From NCBI RefSeq assembly GCF_022539665.2, contig NC_081333.1, positions 930,001 through 994,000 on the forward strand: a DNA stretch of 64,000 nt, in the 5' to 3' direction. Source of the DNA: Daphnia carinata (Eukaryota). The position numbers were made by a program, and so were the translations under genes. Under the pieces are notes generated by a model. The model saw only the letters and a list, made by a program, of their open reading frames with translations, was not told where the DNA came from and ran no database searches. Positions 1-9,019 of the stretch are shown in pieces (the first letter of the stretch is position 1; each line of letters opens with the position of its first letter).

Positions 1-39
1 GGAATCTAGATACTACGTGGTACGTTATTATACAAATAT

Positions 40-2765
40 TTATTCATTAATTGTTTTCTTAATTTATTTTTGTTACAGCTTTCACTTTACGCTATGTACT
101 TCGAGGACTTTGCGTTTAGCTGTGAAAACCTTATTCTTCTATAAGCAAGGCATGTCGTTTTGAGATTCCATTTTAATCATTACTAAAACATTTTCAAAAT
201 TGTATCACGTTTTCAGTGCGTCTTGTATTGCCAACGCTGCTGATGTCTGAAATAACCATGGCCTAGGTAAGGTTTGAGTCGTATAATTCTTTTATGTGCT
301 ATATTAATCTGAAGTCTTTCTTATCTGTGAAACGAGAGCAAAGAAAAGGAAGCATTCGTCTTTAAAACAACCGACTACGCAGCAACATGCAACCATGTAT
401 CTACCATTATCATAAGGGTTTGTTATTAGAAACACAGAGTTAAACATCCGGAATTGGCACAGCAGCAAAGCTTCAACTTCAAAATAGTTGGAAGCCATAC
501 AAGTAATAGTATTTATTTAAAATTTTACGCTTCTCAATCTGAAGTTGAGTGCTGAGAAGCTCTTCCCGTATTCATATATAATTGAAATGTTCAAGTGATG
601 TGAACGAGGTAGGACATCCATTTAGATCCAAATCATTCTAACATCTAGATATCTTGCGTAGTTTGTCATAAGTAATCCCTCAATCGTCCTCCATTTTACT
701 ATACCATTCTATTCCACAAATTCAAAGTTAATTCCAATTACAAAGGGAACGGCCTCCTTGCGGATATTTATTTATTACGTATAAATTTATCTTTGTTTAA
801 TGTATTTCTTTGAAAGTGAAAATGCAGGCAGAACGAAACGGAATCACTAAGAGCCGTTTTGGTCAGTGTGGGAACGGGGTGAAGTTAAATCCGGCTAAGG
901 TCTAAAGGCGAAGCCTTAAGCACGGGATTTATTTAATAAATTTACAATTCGGGTGATTTTTTTTTCTTATTTCACATCATGTAAACTATATACACACCTT
1001 TTGATTTTATGCTTAATAGGCTTTCTCGAATATACGCGGCGGATGTTTTAAAATTGCATTATGTCTGTATATTGGAGTAGGCCTATCGTAGTTTAAATCC
1101 CAGAAGTGTGTGATTCATTCCTCATCAGGGCAAAACATATAGTTAACAAGATGTCGAATTCAGTTGTCGATCGAGGAAGTTTTCAATGCTTTCTGTTGAT
1201 TTCGTCGAAGGTTTTCGGCCGGATTGCACTCAACTCGTCCCCATACTGACCGAAATGGCTCTGGATGATTTCGTTTGCTTTCCAACAGACAAACATTCCA
1301 TCTATTTCAAAGCGTGCTTTATACTTGAGAAAACCGAATACGCCTTGATAAGTCTCTGCACGTGAGGCCGTTTCCCCTGTAGGTGGAATGAAATGGTATG
1401 GTAGAATGGATGAAAATTAGATGAACTTGAATTAACAGATATTTTTCTGGATTTTTTTATCGCACACATCACGTACAGTCTACATTTTTCAATAGCAGTG
1501 GTACATATTAATCTGTCCTGATGGTGAATTAATAGAAAATTCTGATGTTCAATAATTCTTGAAATGCACAAAACTTATCTTCAAAGGATTAAGATTTTAG
1601 TTAGTGGTAATCTTAATAGCCATGTTTTTCTTGAATCGTTATAATATTTTTCCCTTCCAGATTACATTAAATCAAGGGATTGCTCTCCTACTATGATTAC
1701 AACAAGGAGTCACATCAATTCCAAACAAGTTAACAATGAAGGTTTTATGGAAAAGCACTAGCACGTAACCTGGATGAGCCCGGCGGATCTCCTTAGCCAA
1801 GGTTTAAAATGTTTTCTCTGTCTGGCTGTTACGCAAAACAAGGGTGCGTGACACATACTAAATCGGGTGAGTAATTAGTAAATAAGACCTATCGAAGTTT
1901 AATTATTCTCGGAACATTAAGAATCATCCTTATTTTCTTCTAATAGAAACTTTCTCTTTCTAGGTTACTAATATTGATGGATTTACATTGCGCCGGAAAA
2001 ATTGCAGCTAGCATCAACAGCCGTTAAAGTATGTAAATAATATGTGAACTTGCGTCACCAGGAAGTGGGTTTTGAGGACTGTTTGATTTGCCCAAAATTT
2101 TTAGTTTCCCAAGGATCTACGTAGGCGTCTCCAATTGGATACGAAACATCCTACTGACTGTCACCGTTTTACAATCTGCTGAAAGGTAATAAACGTTATT
2201 CTTGTTAGACTACTCGGTATTCTCCTGCGTGTTATTCCGCGCTATCCGATTCAGTTTTCTCTGGGCTATTTTGAGCGTGTTTTATACTTTTTACGTTCAA
2301 TCGTCTGACTCTGGGGACGAGCGCAAAAAACTAAAATGTCGTTCTTTTTGGTCAATATCTTCATTAAATTGGTATTAGCGCAAAGGGCACACAGGCGTTC
2401 GCAATACCGAACCGATTGTTTTATATGTAAATGTCGTGTTTTTGTATCATGTTGTGTGACCGACAGTTGATCTTCTAGTAATTCGTTGTTTTGACTTAAC
2501 TTTGTCATTTTGTATTTTCATTTTCTAACCGAGAAGACACAAGAAAAACCTGGTGATTATGTGTTGATATTTATACGACTAAAAGCTGGCAAGAGATGGG
2601 AAGTACTATTTTAAACAAAAACACGTAAGATTATTTATTCTTAAACTACAGTTTGATGCTGGTCAGACACGCTTGTAAAAAGCCCTGTGAAATTTCCAAT
2701 CTAAATCATGTATTTTAATGGTAATACCGAGGTTTTTTAATAAACAACTTGTTCACTAATTCTTC
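40..2765 (+). ncRNA. Candidate large fold-back (hairpin-type) lncRNA, probably starting upstream of the window
   Basis: No credible ORF. Nested + strand helices include 690-717/1383-1410 (27 of 28 paired, 3 G-U), 745-756/1364-1375, 836-913/1200-1276 (~70 bp, ~12 G-U), 185-194/1806-1815, 2007-2017/2653-2663, 2054-2062/2549-2557 and 2214-2244/2376-2410. AATAAA at 2739-2744 is followed by a U/GU-rich tract. Confidence 0.6.
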
Positions 2766-3676
2766 TTCGATTCACTTTTATTTTGGTTGTTGAGAAAAAA
2801 ACTAGATGTCGCTGTTGCGCTTCCAAAATGGTGGAATGTTTACGTGTGACAGTGGTGTAAGCAGTTAATCCTGCTTGAAAGTCTTTGTTAAAAATGTTAG
2901 ACTCCAGTGAAAAGTTGTATAAAATTAAGTACTATTAAGTGTTTTATTCCCTGTGTCGTTTTGGACGTGAAGCAAACCAAATATTTCATTTTTCATGTAA
3001 CGGGCAATCTTGCAAGCTATGCAAGCTGCCAATTCCAAACTGTCACAAATTGCTCTGTCAAAGAACTATGACCTTAGCATTCCATCATGCTACTCTGTTG
3101 CTCTATTTAGAGGTATGTAACTTGTGTGTGGCCGTTAATATTGGCATGATTCTGACTTTAACATCTAGCTTTGTAAAACTTACAACGGAAGACATACTAA
3201 CCAGTGGGAAGGTCACCAATGATAGAACCAACACACCACTGTCTCATTTTACTACCCTTTGCCTAGTCATCAGAAACAGCTTTAATCTGACTAGTGCATC
3301 ATGTCCCTCTTTGTTTGGATTCCAATGATTAACCACTACCAACCAACTTACATAGAAATGGACATCACAGCCAGTCCTGTTTGGTATTTTAAGTTTGAGG
3401 CTTATCTACTGTTGCCATTCTTTAAATATAATATCCCATCGTAGGTCTGCCGAGCCTTCTCCTTCAGCAAAATTACCAGCCCAACAACTTTTGCGTCTTT
3501 GGACAACAGGGTAAAGTAAATTTCCTTCCCTGTTATAATTATGCCAATAATATTATATTCCACATGTAGTAACGTTTTCTTCATATTTATCATTTAGAAC
3601 TATGCCATCATCTTCTGTTCCACGCAAAATTGAATCAAAATTCTAAGTTTTGCCCGTTCTTCACTTCATAATCCTT

Positions 3677-3915
3677 CGTCGCCTGGCTTTTCGCCCCGTC
3701 CGCCGCCTCGCCTGTAGCCGTCTTCGCCTCGCCCGTCGCCTCGCCCGTCTCCCCGTCTTCGCCTCGCCCGTCGCCTCGCCCGTCGCCTCGCCCGTCGCCC
3801 CGTCTTCGCCTCTCCCGTCGCCTCGCCCGTCGTCGTCGCCCTGTCATCGCCTCGTGGTCACGCCGTCTACGCCTCCCCTATCGCCCCTTCATCACCTCGT
3901 GGTCGCCTCGTCTTC
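3677..3915. repeat. GC-rich minisatellite, ~12-bp unit CGCCTCGCCCGT and variants
   Basis: Tandem TCGCCTCGCCCG/TCGCCCGTC units are visible. They explain the spurious ORFs 3635-3847 and 3650-3964. Confidence 0.9.
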
Positions 3916-3957
3916 GTGGTATGGTTGTGTTTTGTTTTATGTTGTATTATGTTTTGC

Positions 3958-4283
3958 AAACTAACACGTTGGCTGCCACCCACCCACTTTGATCCCCTTT
4001 TTTTTTGTAGCTTGACAGGGACGGGCCGCGCTGTTCTGCTCCATGGTCTATCTGCCATGGGGTGGAGCAGCGCCACTGCCCAAGATTGGCCGAATGGCCC
4101 CTAGGCAACGCACCACAGGGAATTCCCTTTTCCGATGCGGCTGATGAGACCTGGGGTGTGCGTTCCCAAAAAGGTCTCATCGCCGTGTCAGCCCGGCCTA
4201 CCCGGCCCCCTTGGTCGCTATCCCTAGGATAGCGACACTAGCGACAGTAGAAAATGGTGGCGTGGCAGCCAACGTGTTAGTTT
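3958..4283. mobile_element. MITE-like element (326 bp) with 22-bp perfect terminal inverted repeats
   Basis: AAACTAACACGTTGGCTGCCAC (3958-3979) and GTGGCAGCCAACGTGTTAGTTT (4262-4283). GC-rich non-coding interior with hairpins GATGAGACCT..AGGTCTCATC and GTCGCTATC..GATAGCGAC. No clear target-site duplication. Confidence 0.75.
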
Positions 4284-4424
4284 AAGTGTATCTGTGTATG
4301 TATTGTATGTTGTGTACTGTATTTTAAAATGTATGTAATAGTGGTGGATATGTGGGTGGAAGGAGGGACAATAAAAACGATTTTACACTATTTAATTTTG
4401 TATTTATTATTTAGCTGTACATTA

Positions 4425-4490
4425 ACTGATATGGGGATCGAACCCTAGTATTCTAGCATGACAAACACATGCTTTACCATTATTCCAACC
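4425..4490 (-). pseudogene. Degenerate tRNA-like cassette
   Basis: The minus strand reads ..TAATGGTAAAGC (A-box/D-loop-like)..GGGTTCGATCCCC (B-box/T-loop). The stems are degenerate. Confidence 0.55.
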
Positions 4491-4583
4491 ATGAACTTAC
4501 AAATAACTAATATGCATTCAACAATAAGCTAGTGTGTACTGAATATCTATATAGGTATCACAATCCGAAACAATGTTAACAAG

Positions 4584-4653
4584 GGTAGTATGACATACCG
4601 GTAGCACGCTGGCCTATGGTGCAAGAATTCTGTGGTTCAAATCCCAGACGACT
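4584..4653 (+). pseudogene. Degenerate tRNA-like cassette
   Basis: GGTAGC D-loop-like segment, GGTTCAAATCCC T-loop/B-box and a partial acceptor stem GGTAGT/ACGACT. Confidence 0.5.
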
Positions 4654-4815
4654 TAAAATGGATTATCGAAGTAAGAATATTAAATGAAGAAAGAAATTAG
4701 AAGAATGCCAAGCAGAAAACACAAGACCAAGCAATATAAAAAAAAAGAAAGGGCAGAGTAAGAAAGCAGTTAAAAACATAAGTTTTGCTATTTTTTGTTA
4801 AAAAAAAATAAATTG

Positions 4816-5311
4816 TATTGACATTACTCTGCACATATAAATGATTTTGCAACTTTAAAAAGGCACAATAGCCCTTTCAAAAGTTGCCGTCAACCCAGGC
4901 AGGGGGAGACACTGCCTTGTTGACCCACCGGGGAGATTACCCGGTGATTGGCTAAGAGAAGCCGGAAGAAGAGCCGAAGATATGGAACATTTTTACAGGA
5001 GCGATTAACCTTTAGTTCGGATTTGTGGATAGCCACGTCGCCCTCCGTGAACACATCATCGGACTAAGCGGACACCCCACGTCCCCTTTCCGGCCAGAGC
5101 CCTCCAAACCTCGGTATATGTTATTTTTATATATACCGTACAGTAGGGGCATGACCCCCTACGGGCTTATTACGAGTCAAGGGGAAACGGGGCTACGGAA
5201 AGGAAGGGAGCCCAGATATGCACTTCAATTTTTTAAATATCAAATACCGTCTCGGGAATCCGAATGAATTATAGAAATATCATGTCATCCATCCAATCAT
5301 TACAATTTATT
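4816..5311 (-). repeat. Structured repeat module, copy 1 (left arm of a ~500-bp inverted repeat)
   Basis: Near-identical reverse complement of 6952-7447. Confidence 0.95.
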
Positions 5312-5399
5312 CAGTGTCATGCCCCAACCAAGAATTTTTTCAGATCCAATGTTACTATTAACCTACACTGAGAAAAGAAAAACAACACCATTAAGCATC

Positions 5400-6770
5400 T
5401 CAATTGTTGCTCATGTGACTTACATGACTCATAGATTCAACTTCTGGCAGAAGCTCGGGAAAGGCCATACAAATTGTAGATGAAAATCATTGTATAAGGC
5501 TCTTGAAGGATAAAATAACACCCCTAGAATGTTGCATTGTTGATAGTTGTGTTCCCAGTATGCTGAAAATCCTTTCCTATTGGATAAATTTTTTTTGTAG
5601 ATTAGACATGGTTGGCAAAAAGGAGAAGAAAAGCTTCATCATAAATTCAAAAATTTTTCAAGAAAATTCCTTTCATACCTAAAGAGTCCATGTATGATGT
5701 TCATCGCTGCAATGCCAGTGAAGTGAAACATCTTTAGGGCCATTTAAGTACCCAGCTTCACCAACACTCTGAGTGTAAAGGACAAGTTGTTCTTTAGCAA
5801 GAGAAGCAGAATTATTTGAGGCTTCTAGCTATAACAGAACTATAAAGGATTGCTGTTACACAGGATTCATTCACACAAGATGGTACTTCTCATTAGACAA
5901 TTTGCATACTCTATTACTTTACCTCATACCTTAATGGTAATGCACTTTCAGTGTTTTTCAACTGTAGGCTCACTCTTCCATCCTGTAACACTTCTAGACT
6001 TGACTTGATCCCCCACTAGAATTCTGTGAATGCAAAATAATAGCATTAAAAATACTGTTTCGATAGACAAAAAACCGAAAAGTACCTAATTCCTGTTTTA
6101 TGTTGAACTCATGCTATTTCTGGGTTTCCGTACCACACCCATTTTCAGCCCAAATACGGTCCCACAATTGTTCACTTCCTTTGCTGCCTGGACTTATTAC
6201 TAACAATTCTTTTAGTGCAGCACTAACAGAATTTAACTTTAACACACTGTCAGGTGGTAGACTGAATAACTAAGCAATAAATAATTGTTTGTTAAAATTC
6301 TATACTTATTTTGAATTCTTATTTGAAAAGTTTAGGTACCTGACTGTGTTCGCCTAATGCCAATTCATCCTCATGTTCAGTTAGGGATGAGTTTGGAAAA
6401 ACCTCCTTCACTGTTTGGAAACTGTTCCATTCCAATTTGTTCTTTTCCCCTAGCTGAGCTTGTAGACTCAAAATTTGAGCTACAAAACACAAATGAATAA
6501 AAGCAAATAAATAGAATCATTATGTATAAGCCCTTACCATCCTTAGCTTTGCTGTTATCTAATATTTTGTGTTGTTCCAATAATTGGGCCTGCAGCTTCA
6601 TAATTTGATCTAATAAACAATAATTAATAATTGAAAAGCAATATAATAATGTTTATACTTACCATCCTTTTGTTGTATTATCTTATCCATTTTTCAATTG
6701 TTCCTCCAGCCACGCGTTATTCTCTCCATCCACGCTACTGAACTAACTGCGAATGGCATCCAATGGACTG
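5400..6770 (-). pseudogene. Decayed transposon cargo gene with a Ulp1/C48-like cysteine protease relic
   Basis: The minus strand gives HFTGIAA (5725-5705) and then, after a frameshift, YMDSLG (5694-5677), resembling the Ulp1 H..Y(Y)DSL motifs. Many stops. GT donor remnants at ~6537 and ~6662. Confidence 0.4.
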
Positions 6771-6951
6771 AAATTGCCTACGCCAGTAATAACGAGTCTG
6801 AGCGGTAGATGGCTACGTGTCGGAAAAAAAGAAAAAAGTGTGATTTTTTTTTTTTTTTGGCGACATTTTTTTTTTTTTTTGTGTAAAAAAAAAATGTCGG
6901 AAAAAAAAAAATCGCACTTTTTTCTTTTTTTAATAATTCTTTTTTTTCTGT

Positions 6952-7447
6952 AATAAATTGTAATGATTGAATGGATGACATGACATTTCTATACTTCATT
7001 CGGATTCCCGAGACGGTATTTTATATTAAAAAAATTGAAGTGCATATCTGGGCTCCCTTCCTTTCCGTAGCCCCGTTTCCCCTTGACTCGTAATAAGCCC
7101 GTAGGGGGTCATGCCCCTACTGTACGGTATATATAAAAACAACATATACCGAGGTTTGGAGGGCTCTGGCCGGAAAGGGGACGTGGATGTCCGCTTAGTC
7201 CGATGATGTGTTCACGGAGGGCTCTGTGGTTACCCACAAATCCGAACTAAAGGTTAATCGCTCCTGTAAAAATGTTCCAAATCTTCAGCTCTTCTTCCGG
7301 CTTCTCTTAGCCAATCACCGGGTAATCTCCCCGGTGGGTCAACAAGGCAGTGTCTCCCCCTGCCTGGGTTGACGGCAACTTTTGAAAGGGCTATTGTGCC
7401 TTTTTAAAGTTGCAAAAATAATTGTAATGTGCAGAGAATTGTCAATA
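6952..7447 (+). repeat. Structured repeat module, copy 2 (right arm of the inverted repeat)
   Basis: Matches 4816-5311 (inverted) and 22337-22765 (direct). Contains a series of hairpins. Confidence 0.95.
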
Positions 7448-7546
7448 AATTTTTTTTTATAAAATATTTTTTGCAAAATTCGTTTCTTTCATTGTCTGTG
7501 TTAGCTGTGTTTACAATTACCAATTTTTTTTTTATTTATCTTGCTC

Positions 7547-7912
7547 AAAAAAAAATTTTAAGCCCGACTAAATAAGCCCGGCTAAGTATATAAGAAAAGT
7601 TGGGCTTAAAAATTTTTCTGCAAAACCTAGCACTCATCGGAATTGATTGAAAATCACAAAATGTACTAAAAATTGAATGCTGATTCCGGTAAAATTGCTA
7701 TTTTTTTCATTAAGTTAATCGTTTTTTAGATACACTGAATATTTGGCGCAATGCTAGCACGCCAGTACGCTACAGTGCTAGTGCGATGCAGCAGAAATGT
7801 TCGGTGAGTGTATGTGGAGAACTAATTAGAAATCTGACCGCTAGATGGTGATAGCAGTAGAACAGAAAAAAAAGCCGATACTTTTTTTTTGGGGGTAAAA
7901 CGGATTGCCATG
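7547..7912 (+). repeat. Element-end repeat block (AAGCCCGACT palindrome plus CTCF-like motif segment)
   Basis: 7547-7809 matches 24481-24710 inverted. 7800-7880 matches 24711-24790 direct. 7837-7912 matches 20987-21076 inverted. Confidence 0.85.
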
Positions 7913-9019
7913 CACTGATGGCGGAAGCACTTTAGAAGAATGGGTATTTCTAGAACGTTGCCAAATAGGAGTATAGATTTTGGGTGTACACGTTTCATAT
8001 GGAGTCAAGCATTCAACGCAGTCAACCTAACTGTTGAATGCTGAGTCTGTTATTCTTCCACTGCCTCAGCTTCTTGCTGACGACAGTCTTAGAACCATTC
8101 TGGTTCTATGAAGTTATATCGTTAAAATCCCGATTGTTATGTTTAAAAACATGTTCTGATTATGTAGTATTTATTATTATGCTTTTCTTCAGTTCAAGGG
8201 AAAAGCGACGAATTCTAAAGAAAAAAATCAAAATGCCGGAACCGTAATACAATGTCAGGAGTTAAAGTTTACGAAAAAGAAAAGTTTTTTATTGCTGTTT
8301 AATGTCAGGTAATTCTGCTTTAACCGTGAGGGCAGCAAGTATAATTTTTTCTTAGCATGGTTGAATCGTCTGTTTTAGAATAAGTCTAAAATAATTTTAC
8401 GTTGAGTTTGCATCACCGACGTTATCAACTTGCTTTTAGGAAGCAGTTGGTATCTTTCCTCTTTTGTAAATTTCGACGTATTCTCAGCCAACATTCCATT
8501 TCGTTAAAACGTATGTAAGAACATTTCATGACTAACTTCTCCGATTAGAATGATACCGCCACCTTATGCAAGTAGATGTTCTACTTCCGTATCCTTTTGT
8601 CATTCCCATATTGTTCTTAACATTTCATGAATCGGAAGAGGACCTTCATTTACGTGTGGCGAAGCTCCTGCTTGCACTAGTCTCATTTCCAGTCAGAAAT
8701 TGATTTATCGAGCATTGCAATGCGTTACAACAAAGACCGATGGACATTACCGCGCAACATTGGTTCTACGATTTTGAAGATGTTTATCAAGACTACTTCA
8801 AGTTTGAAAATTACCAAATTGTAGTATGAAAAACCCATTGGTTCGATTGACGAGCCTCGTCAATCTTTAGAAGACGAAAAAAAAATATTTCCTTTTAAAA
8901 TACCAGATGTAGAATGGATTCCTTGTATTCGGTGATGACTATGAATACGTTACTTGAATTTACGATCAGATGACGTGAAATTTGGGTATAGAATTCGCGG
9001 GCAGTGAAATTGGAATGTT

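Noticed and set aside
3635..3964. Arg/Pro-rich ORFs on both strands
   Set aside because: By-products of the 12-bp GC minisatellite.
4141..4182. CTGATGA followed by a stem, resembling a hammerhead ribozyme core
   Set aside because: No GAAA follows stem II. The ATGAG instead pairs with CTCAT, so it is a plain hairpin.
5160..5215. Module resembling RNase MRP (ACGGGGCT) or a rolling-circle nonamer (CTTATTAC)
   Set aside because: The matching GAAAGTCCCC P4 strand is absent and the nonamer is not in a strong stem-loop, so there is not enough to name it.
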